Source: Takakia lepidozioides (Eukaryota > Plantae > Bryophyta). From it: a DNA stretch of 64,000 nucleotides. How positions within the stretch are numbered: the first letter of the stretch is position 1; each line of letters starts with the position of its first letter. This document shows positions 1 to 12,388 of the stretch, in pieces. The translations under genes and the position numbers were made by a program. Below the pieces are notes generated by a model. That model saw nothing but the letters and a program-made list of their open reading frames with translations, had not been told where the DNA came from and made no database searches. The stretch spans positions 42,222,001 to 42,286,000 of the forward strand of contig CM060732.1 of NCBI GenBank assembly GCA_030704615.1. The letters run 5' to 3'.

Positions 1-3000
1 TCCCGCCTTGAAGTTCTGTGATGAACTCCTTAGCCAGAATTTTTGCATTTTCATTCCTCCTGCACATTCCCAAGATAAGTACCCAGCCATCCAGAATCAC
101 ATCATTGAGAAGACGAAGAGTGTCAAGCAGGGACATAAAAGCAGAGGGAGGAAAGTGCTCACCTTACTAAAACAGCCTCCAACCGTGACGGATCGTACTT
201 CTCCCGCAACCTACAGACATAGACCGACATTCAATACCAAAAGCATCACACAAAATCGCAGGTTATCTCAAATATGTGAACCAAAAGCCTGATTCATAAC
301 TGTAGTGTAAGCATATGCCAGGTTGCTAACCAGTCATCGTCCTTGTGCTGCTCAAAGAATGAACGCTTTTGCGTGGTGATAAACTCTGTCTTGTACTCCT
401 CATACCTGCCAACAAAGTCCTCTTAACCCTTGAGAGTGTAATCCTTCCCAACTACACACGAAGCGAAAAAAAGAGTGGACTAAATATGCAAAGTAAGATA
501 TTGCCTGATCCTCAGGCATGTGTGCAAAAATAGAGGGTGCACTAAGGTATTAGGGAGAAGAGGAAGCCAAAAGAAGGATACAACAAGTGAATGTGATAGC
601 GCTAAAATCACCCCAGACAGACTGATGGACTGAAGGGAAGGGTAGAAAGAGAATTAACTGAGTGGGATTCTCTTTGCTTAACACTTCAGTAAATGCCTTC
701 CACCAATTGACCCTTTCAAAAGCCGTTTATTTGGAGCATTATTGAGGATGGCGGAAAACTATTCACTTCAAAAAAGAGTATAAGATATCAAACTGACAGC
801 ACCTGCGCTCAGCTTCTCCAGGCAAGATATCATCCTCCAGTTCCCCAATGAATTGCTTGTATGTCATCAACCCTTCTCTGCAAATAGCCATCAGTCAATA
901 CCCCACTTCGTTTCTTGAGAAACTAGCCATTAAAACTTGTCATTGAATTTTAAAATATGTTGATGTTAAATATTCCATTTGTATGTCGAGATTCAACACT
1001 TTCTTTCTCTGACCTCCCTCTGATACAAAACGTCTTTGGCAACACAAATAGGCCTAACACCAACCACTCTCTATGGGAAAAGAAGCAGCTTAAAACATAC
1101 TCTGGTCTTTTCGGTATACTACATCTGTAGCTAAATCAATGCATCCCCTAATCCATGCAATGAGATGCAGTTGATGTAATCATTGATTTAAACTACATTT
1201 TCACGACATCTGCTGCATGATGAACTAGCAATATGGACTTCAAATAAAGGAGACAAACCTGCGAGGAGGTCCCCCACCGCCATATACATTCGAAGGATAG
1301 GGCCCATCACTGAAGCCTGTTCGCCCAGGACCTGGCCAATCTACAAGTCCAGTCAAGACTGACATGTCAGCCATACAATGTGCATTGTTTTCTGTGACGA
1401 GTGAGGAACCCCCACTTTTCCATTCATAAAACAGATTATGTGTCAAACTCATCCATGGATAGAATGGTTTCTATGATTTCATGACATCTCCGTCATATGT
1501 CCATTTTAAGCATTACAGTTTCAGTGTTTCACTCCTAGCATTTGCTTGTTTGCTGTGTTCCAACTGAGCTTTGTGGCACCTACAGCAATATCACCACACA
1601 TACCGCCCATTACTACACAATTGGTCCAGACGATTAAACATGGAGGTATCAACGTGAGTGTGAAGCTACATTACCCTGCAACTTCCTGATACCTAGCCAC
1701 CTGTGTACAAATGGTAAGATGCCAAACAGATGACAACAGCCTTTTCTGTCACCATTCCAATATGTATTTCATTTCTACTCCACAAGAAAGGTCCTGATTG
1801 TGCAACTTATACCAAGGGGGCCATGGAACCCACTGGGAGCAGAGCGGCCACCATGTCGACCTTGAGATCTCTCATCCCCACCAAAGCCTGACCCTCTCCC
1901 TCCCATCCCTCCTGCTCGTTCATAAGGAGGGCCCATTCCATCATAACCATACCTGCCCACAAGCAACACAAGCATCAATACATTGTCAATGGAAACTGTG
2001 AAGCGCACCTGTCTCTCTCTACTTTCCATTAGCCATCTAAGTCAGAAAACCTCGTTCAACCAACATCCCATGATATAACAATGGGATAGCCAGCAAAATG
2101 GGAAAGAGGAAGAACTTTAAGAAGACAAGATTTGTGATAAAGGAGGACAGACATCATTATGCCCACTGTAATGAGAACAGAACCTGCTCAATTTTTGCCA
2201 CCCGGTAGCAGTCCAATCATGCAACTAATTTTTAATTCCATGGCCTCGGCATGCACAATGACTGTCTCAACCAGATTTAAAAGAACACATGATAAACTTA
2301 ACAACATACAGAGGCACTGCTCCAGATTAGGCTGCAAAGCAGCACCTTCATCCGATATGGTTGGTAGTTTGGCACCTCTTATTGCTCTTGCTTGCCACTG
2401 GAAGGGCGCCATGTTCTCTGTACCTCCCTACTATTCTTTACGAATCAACTCGGCCATGACAGAGTGTAACTACGGGAGAGGGGGATACTGAACTGCATGA
2501 TATGACTGGTGGTACTTGAAAAGTATGGTGATGACCACGTGATTGAGAAACTTACTGCAGAAACTAGACAATGATCCTTCCCCTCCGCCCTTTGAATCAG
2601 TAGGGTGAGGAGAAATGAATTGATCGGGACTACATAACTCAGGCAACTTTGGGCAGAGAAAGCAGCTCTGCTGTGACTAACACTCAATTACATGATTGGA
2701 AGATACTGAGATATGATGACTGAGGATTGAAAATCTGCTCTTATCATTCTCACTAGGTCACCTAGCAGACTCGCAGAGGTGAGGGCCTTTTCATAATCAT
2801 CAACAGATCCCTGTATCAACTTCGAAGTGTCAGTGCCTGCCTAGACTGTTCAGCAACTTATGCATCCCACCCTGCAATCACACAGTCACCCATACAGGGA
2901 AGCTCAAAAGTCATCGAGGTGCATTAAAGACAAACAAATCCGGCCTGCCTGTGAACATAACCGCCCTACAGAGTTTGTTGCCAAAAAGGTTGCTTCACTT

Positions 3001-3901
3001 GGAACTCACAATCAATCCGTCAGTCATAGACAAATGCTAATACAAGGAGAGGATACCCACAAAGAGATCACAGACGGCTATCAACAAGATCCAATTTCAG
3101 AGCTCGCCTCAACTAAGGTACTCTCATCTGAACAGAATCTGAATGGCTCAGATGATAAGTTCATCTGTAAAATTTGTTGATACATTCACAATGTCCGTAA
3201 TGTTGGCATCGCAGGCAGAAGCCAAGTAGGCAAACACTCAAATTGGGCGAGTGTCTGGCAGGTATGCAGTCAAGCAAACCCCAATAGGATGGAGTAAGTC
3301 AGCGCTGCACTGTAATCAAAGTGAGCCACAAGAACTTACCAAAACCGCCTGGATTCCACGTTAGCATGAGTTAAACGTACAGTGCAGCCAGAACCAGTCG
3401 CTGAATAAGAAGATACAAGATGATGTGTAGCTACCTGCGATCACCCGAGAATCCTGACTGTCTTCCAAGCTCGTCCGCAGACGAAATCACGCCACCCCGA
3501 GGAGGAGTTGACCTTCGCCCACCTTCAAACTCGTCATCTCTCCTGCGTTTGTATGGAGGAGACCGCCTTGCTGGAGGGGTATGACGGCGCTCCCGATCCC
3601 GTTGAGGATACGGAGGAGGTGTGGGACTCTTCCTGCGCTTGTAATCTCTGTCTCTTTCCCTTCGATCGTTTCCACTACTGCCGGCTGGGCGTTCTTCATT
3701 GCTGTTTCTTCTCTCATGGTTATGTTCACGGCGGGGGGGCCTGTCCTCCCTCTCAGTCGCTACTCTCTCATCTCGCCGCTCCCTGGGCTCTCGATCACGC
3801 CTCCTGTCGTCAGGCGCTCTATCTTTACGATCTGCCGACCGGTCTCTGCGTCTGTCGTCTCGCGGCAATGGCTCGGGCGGGACGTCCAACACCTCAGCCA
3901 T
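1..3901 (-). CDS. SE: SERRATE (ARS2 family) RNA-processing factor, 5' part; runs off the window start
   Basis: GT-AG exons 3901-3435, 1952-1813, 1340-1259, 877-803, 405-331, 210-163 and 59-1 splice in frame. They give an RD/RS-rich N-terminus followed by EGLMTYKQFIGELEDDILPGEAERRYEEYKTEFITTQKRSFFEQHKDDDWLREKYDP...RRNENAKILAKEF, the conserved SERRATE core start. Confidence 0.95.
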
Positions 3902-4693
3902 TCGAGAGTGTCTTTCACCGTCAAGGTAGATGTTTTCAAAGATGTCAAAAATGTATTCTAGGTCATAGTCTCTTCAGATTTCCACGGGTGCAACCATCCC
4001 CAAACCTAACAAGGCCTCCCTCTTACCTCCTTCACCATTTCCTAACAAAATTCCGACTGCTTTTGCGGCTTTTCGATGCTTCCGAAATCGGCTCGAGCTC
4101 CCACGTTCTGGCTATGGCCAAGATGAGACCGAAGGAGCGTCAATGTGTGAAAGAGGGCTGGGTTTGCTTACATCCCCACAAAAAGGCTTCTTAGGAACAG
4201 ATTACGAGGAGCTCTGTGGACTACTGAGAATCTCTGGAACACCCTGCTTGCCACACTATTGGGGCTCTGAAGCGCTTCCCATGCTGGAAGAAGAAACCAC
4301 AAAAAAAGAAAAAGAAACACGCACATACAAGGGACTGAAGGCGAACGACATAAAATCGCACAAAGACCTTGAGGAACAGATTACACGAATCTCTCCGGAC
4401 TACAGGCAAACTCTAGACTACTCACCTTCCCACACAATGGGGGTTCTGGGAGAGAACGCTACACCGAACTCTTCCACACTACAAGTACAGTACAAGTAAA
4501 CCAATAAACAGACAAACAATTACAAATCGGCCGAAGGGCAAGCTATGAAGTAAGTGAACGCAACAAAAACAGATCTTCACTAGACCAAGACAAGAGGACG
4601 TGAAGGTTGGTAAACCCTGGAGCAGCACAAGGACATGTGGAACGAGGATTGAAGCGCGATGCCAGCACCTCACGAGCGTCGGCCGCTGAAACC

Positions 4694-4701
4694 TAGGGTT
4701 T
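4694..4701 (-). promoter_or_regulatory. Telo-box (AAACCCTA) upstream of SERRATE
   Basis: TAGGGTTT within the near-palindrome GAAACCTAGGGTTTC, ~800 bp upstream of the SE ATG. Telo-boxes are common in plant RNA-processing and translation gene promoters. Confidence 0.35.
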
Positions 4702-5172
4702 CGGAAAACCGAGATTCCGATGCCGGTGATGACAGACGGGCAGCAGCAGGCACAGTGTTGGCACACCCGCCGGTTGCGCTTGTACACTACTTGTACGTAC
4801 ATGCCCAGATTTGTGGAGTTTGTATGCATTCTGGACTGGTTAGGGTACCGTATGTGTTTGCGGGTATGGCTCCGCTACTAACAAGCATTTTTATTTTAGC
4901 AACAGGGTGTTGTATTGACGTTACCAAATTCCCTTCGTTACCAACTAGGTAGCGCTGCTAAGGGGGTATCCTTGTTCCTACTGCCCTGGACCCTAGCTAA
5001 GCGCCACGCGGGGCAGCTACCGTGTGTAGCGCACGCAGGCCCCACTCGAGCCCTAAGGGAGAGAGAGAAGACTCCCAAGGCCGGTGTAACTAAGAGCCAC
5101 TTCACCTTACGGCTACTGCCCCCTTCCGGGGGTGGGCCCTGCCGTAAGGTACTTTATAAGTCAGGTAGGTAC

Positions 5173-5968
5173 TAGTGTTGGGCGGTTCTTGCATTTGTGA
5201 AGGAACCTTCGGTTCCGGTTCCACAATTATTTCAAGATACGGTTCCGGATCCGGTTCCGGTTTTTTTTTATTGAGCCGGTTCCGGTCCGGTTCCGGATCC
5301 AACTTTTAAACATGGGGGCGGTTCGGTTACCGGTTAGTTGCTGATAAAAACCACCGGTTCCGGTTAGGTTCCAGTTCTATTTTTAAAATGTATTTGTTTA
5401 ATTTAATTAGATTTAAAATATTTTATCAGTCCGGTAGATTAAATAGCAGTGTATTCACATATTTAAACTAAAATCCAACGATTTTGTTAGTTTTCACTAA
5501 CACAAAAAAACAAACAAAAATACTCTAAATAAACTGGTAGATGAAAATGGGTAAAATTTTATGGGTTGAAAGTACTATTCAGCTACCGGCAAGTATTGGC
5601 ATCTTCAAACATTTTCTTAATGAACTTAGCCAGGATATCATGGAGCTGGAGATTGAACCCAAGATCTCATGGCGCTGAAGCATTGAAGATAGAATCTCAT
5701 GGCCTTCAAGCATTAAAACCAGGATCTCAGGAGCTTGAGAGCATTAAATAAGTTTTGCCCTGGGCCTACCAGCCCCACCAAGGGGTCAAGAACTGGAACC
5801 TGTTTTTATCCCCATGTGCCCCGGTTCTCCGGTTCTCACACCTAGCAGGAACCGCCGGTTCGGTTCTGCGCCGATCCCCAATGGCAGGTTCCGGTTCCGG
5901 GTTAGGTTATGTAGGAATGGGCCCGGTTCCGGTTAACCTGGGTCCCGGCGGGTAACCGCCCAACACTG
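5173..5968. mobile_element. Non-autonomous hAT-type element (MITE), 796 bp
   Basis: TIRs TAGTGTTGGGCGGTT / AACCGCCCAACACTG, perfect 8-bp TSD GTAGGTAC (5165-5172 and 5969-5976), many subterminal GGTTCC/CCGGTT motifs, AT-rich core, and ~27-bp degenerate tandem repeats at ~5634-5750. Confidence 0.9.
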
Positions 5969-6150
5969 GTAGGTACCTTGTTTTCCAGATGGTAGGTACC
6001 TTGTTTTCCAGATATGTAGCTACGCTTTTCGTCCCAGCTCTTTTTTCCGAGGTTTGGGTGCGAGAGAATGCACACAATTTGAGTTTTAGGTGCTGCAACA
6101 TCAATATTGGGCGCTCCGGAGCTCCAGCGCGAATTGGCCACACAAGCTTA

Positions 6151-7029
6151 GTGGATACCTTGATCCATCTTTTTTTTTAACCATAAAAAAGAATTTACAA
6201 AGCATTCCTACAAGGTCTCGTAGGGGAAGGTCCTCTAGAAGTATATTCCTATCAATACTCATAATTGCTCTCCACTCGTCAAACGGTTTCTACACCATAT
6301 TTCGTTACGTATGTTAGCAACGTTATTGTCCATCATCAGCTTCTCAAAAGCAGCTTGGTCGAAATCCATGAATCCTGCAAAAATCATTGTCGGCTCATGC
6401 ACTACAAGTTGGTTCTTGACTTTCTTGGCCCTAGAGGCCGCTTTAGGAGCACTCACTGTGAGAGGTGCAGGGACTACATCAATGGGATCCTCAACCTCCA
6501 CACAATCAAGAACCAGGTCTTGCCTGACAACTTCTACCTCATGAGTTGAAGCCTGACTAGCATCTTAAGGTGAGTATTCCATGCATTTTAGAGATGGGAT
6601 GGAAGATTCAGCTGCAATCTGTGCAACAACAGGTGCATCTCGCTCAACTATCGGAAGTGAATTGGCCTCACGCTTAACTACCAGAAGTGAGTTTCCCTCA
6701 ACCTCAACTACACTCGGTATTTCGCCTCTCACACCCTGAGGCAGATTGTGCTCAGCTACCACCATTGCACTCTCAGACTTCACAACTTCCATAATGGTAT
6801 CGGGCGGTTGTGCTTCAATCATAGGATCATGAGTAGTCGCTTGAATCGCAGGGTCAGAAGGAACACCACGACAGAGTCGCCGCTTCCTGTTGGAGAGATT
6901 GATTCCCAAATCAAAAGTATGCACACAAAACTGCATACAAGATCCACTACTCCCAACAACACTGCAAGAAATCTTGTTCAAGCATGCTTTCCTATTTCTC
7001 TTCCTGTGGACTCCCTTCAGAGAATCCAT
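6151..7029 (-). pseudogene. Crypton/DUF3504-like tyrosine recombinase, N-terminal part (inverted relative to the rest of the gene)
   Basis: Minus strand reads MDSLKGVHRKRNR... and, after frameshifts, TKYGVET/FDEWRAIMSIDRNILLEDLPLRDLVGMLCKFFFMVKKKDGSRYP. This fits the F.EWR...L..FF..V+K.DG..YP core-binding motif of Crypton-type recombinases. Confidence 0.7.
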
Positions 7030-7077
7030 CACAAAAAGCATGAAATTGAAACCGAGCAAGATGCATACAAAAAAAAA

Positions 7078-7668
7078 CCCACAGATTCGCTGATGAAAAT
7101 ATATATATATATAGACGCCTCCCGAATGAGCGTAAATTATGGTGTCTCTTCACCACAAGGGCTACTGCCTTCCAGCTGAAAGGTGGACACCTTCATGACA
7201 CACTAGACCGTGGTTTGAATCCACAACCACATCCAATGTGCGCATTACCACTGGGCTACATGCTGGTTGTCTTCGCGATGAACCTCTACTCGTCTATCAA
7301 TCGAATGCTTATCAGAAAGCAGGAGAGGAGTATTCTTCAGACTAGTGAAGTTGAGCCTCGCTTCAACATTCGTACTCATGCTTTTTTTATCGGTGTCAAT
7401 AAGGCCATTGTAGAGGCAATGACTCAGTCAAGGAATAGTGGCATAAACAAGAATCGAAGAAAAGTCGATGGCATATCTGCTGATGAGGCCGAACGGCGGA
7501 TACTGGCACACCGTTCTCCCCAGATCACCACTGCTCACGGGCTGCAAAAGCGCATGGCATGGTACTGCCTCAGTATTTTCTTGATTCGCGGGGGTAACGA
7601 GCTCTATAAACTACTATTGACTGATTTCGAGCTAGGACAAGATGGCGGAAAGGTTGCTATCACTAGAA
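7078..7668 (+). pseudogene. Crypton/DUF3504-like tyrosine recombinase, middle part (interrupted by a SINE)
   Basis: Removing the SINE and one TSD copy gives PTDSLMNLYSSINRML...GLQKRMAWYCLSIFLIRGGNELYKLLLTDFELGQDG, which contains the catalytic Arg in the RGG.E...L box. Confidence 0.75.
7098..7271 (-). mobile_element. tRNA-derived SINE with (TA)n tail
   Basis: Minus strand GACAACCAGCATGTAGCCCAGTGGTAA (A box)...GGATTCAAACC (B box)...(TA)n tail. TSD TTCGC(T)GATGAA at 7086-7097 and 7272-7282. A second copy lies at 16181. Confidence 0.85.
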
Positions 7669-8514
7669 GCATTCGTGTCATTTACCACTAGGGTAACGAC
7701 TCATTTTGAGTCGTAAAAGTCAAAAAACTGGGATCGACTGGAAGTTACAACAGACTAGTTACAACAGACATGGTAGTTGGGTTGGACATCCAATGATTGG
7801 AGTGGTAAAGGATGCAGACGCGCGAACAACTGCTCAGCGATTAATGCGATTAATGCTGAAGAACCACGTGGCGTAACCAGGCGAGCCGCCCGTGTGTCTG
7901 ACCTTTTGGGCTGACTTTGACTTTTCCCTCTGGATGAGTGGACCGACTCACTGAAGCGCGGTGACACATGGACGCGGACGTGGACGACGATGTGGATGCC
8001 GACGTGGCAGCGCCACGACGAGCACCACTGCTGCCACGTGGCCATAGGCCCGGGACGCCACGTGGTAGTAGACCACATAACTTGCAGTGCTACATGCCCA
8101 GTGGCAATTGCGACTGCGGAAGTTGGCGCAACCACTGCTTTACTACTTTACATGAAGTGCTCGAAATTACTTGAACAATCATTCATAGTGATTCATGCTT
8201 TGGAGTTTTGGTGTTTGTAGTGAGCCGACTAGTAATGCCATACAAGAGAACTAATCATGCATTAGAAATGCACAAACGATGAAAGACATGCCATGAAACA
8301 AAATGAAATGAAATTGAATGAAATGAAACAAAATGGTACTTTATTACATCTGCGGAAAGCTCAAAGAGCTTATGGGACAAAATAAAAAACACAAAGTAAA
8401 AAAGCAGCCCAAAAGCTACTGCTGCTCTGGGGATTGCCTAAGGGTCAAGGCCTCGTGCAAGTCAAGCAGTTTTGATCCTCATAATGCAAGACTTCAGTGA
8501 GTTCCACGGAATAG

Positions 8515-9600
8515 ACCATCTACCCATGGAGGTTTCTTGTAGTTATTGATCCACAGGGAATCATAGGTAAATCTTGTGCTTGAAATTTGGCCCTCTAGGA
8601 TGAATCTGGACCACACTCTATCCCTGCTCCTTCAGCTATCCATGCCCCTGCACAAATCATGCATTCATCCTTGCCTTGCTGCTAGTAGCTGACAATGACA
8701 ACCTACATTTGTTCTAGGAAACACCCAACTCAGCTTATCACACTAGTTCCTATGCTCAATTGTGTGTGCTACTCTCTGAAATGTAGCAGGCATTCACCTT
8801 TTTGCCTCGGTTGTCCCATCATTGACTGGGGGCAGAAAAGTATTCATTCCACAGCTTCTCCTCATGTCTGTTACTTGTTTTTTGATACTTTCCTGTTGTC
8901 ACATAGCAGTATCATGTCAAAGTCATTCCAAACTAGATTCACTCAACCAGTTAACTTGCATAATTCAACATGGAAATTTTGGACCGATTCTAATAAGAGG
9001 GAAAAACAGGATGAAATGTGCTGAAGAAGATGCCTTTATTAACAATGTCTGATTTTATCAATTGTGCCGTTGCTGCCAGTTGACCATCTACCCATGCAGG
9101 TTTCTTGTAGCTTCATAGTTAATTTGGAGCTTGAAGTCTGGCCCTCTTGGGTGAATCTGCACCCACATTCTATCCTTGCTCCTTCAACTATCCATGCCTC
9201 GCACGAATCATGCATACAACCTTGCCTTGTTGCTAGTAGTTGACGATGACAGCCTAGACTTGTTCTAGGAAGCACCCAACTCAACTTATCACACTAGTTC
9301 CTACGTTCAATTGCATCTGCTACTCTCTATAATCCAACAAACATTCACCTTCTTGCCTCGATTGTCCCACCATTGACTGGGGTCAGAAAAATATTCATTC
9401 CACAACTTCTCCTCGTCTGTGTTACCTATTTCTGATACTTTCCTGTTGTCACATTGGCAGAATCATGTCAAAGTCACTCCAAACTATCAAAGCTTCACTC
9501 AACCAGCTAACTTGCAGAATTCAGACATGAAAAATTAGGGGCGATTCTGATAAGAGGGGAAAACAAGGTGAAATTGAAGAAGATGCTTTCATTAGCAGTC
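8515..9600. repeat. Diverged ~570-bp tandem duplication containing degenerate PPR-like sequence
   Basis: 8515-9048 and ~9082-9600 both start GACCATCTACCCATG and run colinearly to GAAGAAGATGC.TT.ATT. Confidence 0.85.
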
Positions 9601-9608
9601 ATTACACT

Positions 9609-9812
9609 CTATCCTTCGCTCAGCCATATTGTTGAACACTCCTTGTCCACAAGGGTATTGTTCAGAATGACATCTGCCACAATTCCAGCTTTGACGATGC
9701 AACCATGGACCTCTTTGCCCTTCCCCAGCAGGCTCGCACATGCACTACAAACGCAAACAACTGGTTGTGGCAAACTGGGAGCAATATGTGTCAGAAGAAA
9801 CCACTTATACAA
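9609..9812 (-). pseudogene. PLS-class PPR fragment (L motif)
   Basis: CSACASLLGKGKEVHGCIVKAGIVADVILNNTLVD, a typical PPR L/S motif; near-identical copy at ~12550-12700. Confidence 0.75.
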
Positions 9813-9865
9813 ATCTACAGCTTACAGGCTGTCTCTATCCTCAAAATTGGCAGCACATCACCCGC

Positions 9866-12050
9866 TGTTATGACATATATTGCCCTAGACACACATTGCC
9901 CTAACTGCCATCCCCCAAGATGTTACCCCCACCAAACTTCTCTCACTTGGGTCCTTGCAAGGCTGACTTCCAACTTTGACTCTGTGCATGGGGCCTATCG
10001 GACAACATACACCAGCAAGCCCTCCCCCTATCCTGCATCAACTCATCTCAGTCTTATCAACTGCACAACGTATGATGGGAGTGAGTGCAACATGGGAAAG
10101 AGCCACAACACATGATGAGCTGTAGGGAAGAAGCAACATCGTGCAAGTAAAGCAAACGATGAAGTAGAAAGACGAGGCAACATGGGAGAAGGGAAAATGG
10201 GGTCCAAGGGCTGAGAAGGTCAACTGGTCAACAATGAGGAACTGGCTCTGGAGCACTATGTTGATGATTAAAGGGAGCAACAAATACATGTGGGGCATCG
10301 CAGCAAAGTGCATGCCAACGAGGGTCAGAATAGTGCAAGAAAGACTCCACGGATGGTGGGCAGCCAAGGGAGATGCAGTGAGACAAGGCACTCATGGCAA
10401 GGGAGTGCCAAGACAAAACTGTTGATTAGGCTACGGAGAAAAAGGAAAGCACAAGATCAACTACGAGGAAAAGTAGCAATTCAAGCATGGGAGCTGCTGC
10501 TAAAACATGAGGAGGAAGACATACGAGGTGAAGCATCAAGGGAACCAGTAGGAGATGAGGAAGATGGAGCACACTTTCTTGTCAAAGGTTGGTGGTGAAG
10601 AATGCAACCCAACAATCAGAAAGTGAGGCACCCGAGGCTGGACTGCTGCAAAGAGGTACAAAGACAGGAGCTGAGAATGAGATGTTGCCTTTCGTTGAAG
10701 TTCCCCACACAAGGGCTGTTTGGCAAGCAAAACCCCAGGCAAGGATGAGAGGTGAATCTGGGATAAAACCAGCAGCTGGGAGTGAGGAAAGACACAAGGA
10801 AGGGCAGCAATACCTTGTCAAATCTGAGGGTGATGGCTGGAGAAAATTAAACAAGGACTGGAAGTATGGGAGCAGCAATCGCATGAAGAAAAATCTGCCT
10901 GAGACGCTGAAGAGTGAAAGGGAGGAAGACAGGCACCTCGCTTATGAAAAGTGGAAGGGCAGGGTAGAAAACCTGATGCCTGAAATTGATGGGAGCTCGT
11001 GGGAGACTCTGCCAAGAAGACTCCAATCAGCTGTTGCCAACAATCGGATATCGCCCTTGGCTGGCGCAACACCACAAAATAAGTGCAGCCCTGATAGCAT
11101 GGTGAGTGGGGCACCAACAGAGCCAGAAAATGAGGGAGAATGAGGAGACTTCTGTGCCAAGAAAGTCAATGCGGGCCTGCACTGGCATGCAAGGAAAGGG
11201 ACACCGTAAGTGTTGCCAACAGATGTAAATCAGTGCTCATTCATTCGAAAGCACCACGGGAGATGAAGGAAAAGACACCTGCAGGGACGTTGAAGCATAA
11301 AAGAGGAGAGCACTTCACTTGGGAAGAAAGTGAAGCATTGGAGAACGAGGCTGATGACTGGCAGTCTGAAAAGGAAAGACGGTTGTGGGAAACCCTGCCA
11401 AGACCCAAGACAACCATAAATAGAGAATCAAGCAGGTGGGAACTGCCCTTCATTGGGGTGGTGCAAACAAGAGCAAGACCAGAAGCTGAACCACATGAGA
11501 AGATAGTGTGTCATCACAGATGGAGACCCTGGAAAATGCTCTGCCCAGGAGATGAAGAACATTAGACAACTAGAAACGTGGGGGGCTGAATATGCTCTGC
11601 AGTCAACTTGGCTTGTTGAATGCTTGCATAAGAGATGAGGGGTTGTTGTCAGTACACGGCATTGAGTTCATCAAATCCTACAACAGCCCACCATCGCTGC
11701 CCACTGCTTACAAACTGCCACAAAAACAGTTTCACAGGACTTACAGATGATTGGTGGAAGGCAAGGCCCCTCGCCATGGGCCAGATTAATTGTATGTTGC
11801 AGCCCAGAACAACGACGGGAAGTCATCTAGGGCAGCAAACCCCATCTTGGCAGCGTCTTTTGTGTGAGAGAAGTCAAGCTGAACCTGCTCATCATATCGA
11901 GTGGGATGGACCAGATGTAAAGCTGCCAAGCCAACCACACTCATATTCGCACTCAAGCAACATAAGCTGGAGCCATTTTCAGATTATGAGTACCCATGTT
12001 TTAAGAATACTCCTTCTTCAACTTGCGGTGAACGGGCAGAAAACTTCACA
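9866..12050 (+). mobile_element. Possible degenerate LTR-retrotransposon remnant
   Basis: Purine-rich ORFs 10589-11565 with internally repeated motifs (LPF+.V..TRA, WETLPR), a TGTTATGAC start and a G-rich PPT-like tract near 11575. No catalytic motif recognised. Confidence 0.25.
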
Positions 12051-12388
12051 ATGTGCAGCAGATTAATGGACCAAGATGCGGAGCTGAATTGGGTATCCAG
12101 TTAGGCAATGCTGGTTTCAAAACCCCGTTCCATCCCTGCGTTTTGAAGATCTGGCTTGAATGGGCACACTCCGGCAGTGGAAGGCTCACGGAGTAATGAG
12201 TTTGGGCTGATATGCATGCTGACATGCCATGCCGGTGCAAAGAACAACGTTCTGAGTGGCGATTGTGATCTCAAAATCTGCCCCTGCATTCAAGCTGATT
12301 TCTCTCTCGAGCAGAGCCGCCTTGTGGATGTTCCAGCCAGTGTCCAAAAACAGCTCAAGTGCAAGACAACAACATCAGCAAGGCATGG

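Noticed and set aside
3508-4194. 228-aa plus-strand ORF overlapping SERRATE exon 1
   Set aside because: Antisense shadow of GC-rich, low-complexity coding sequence.
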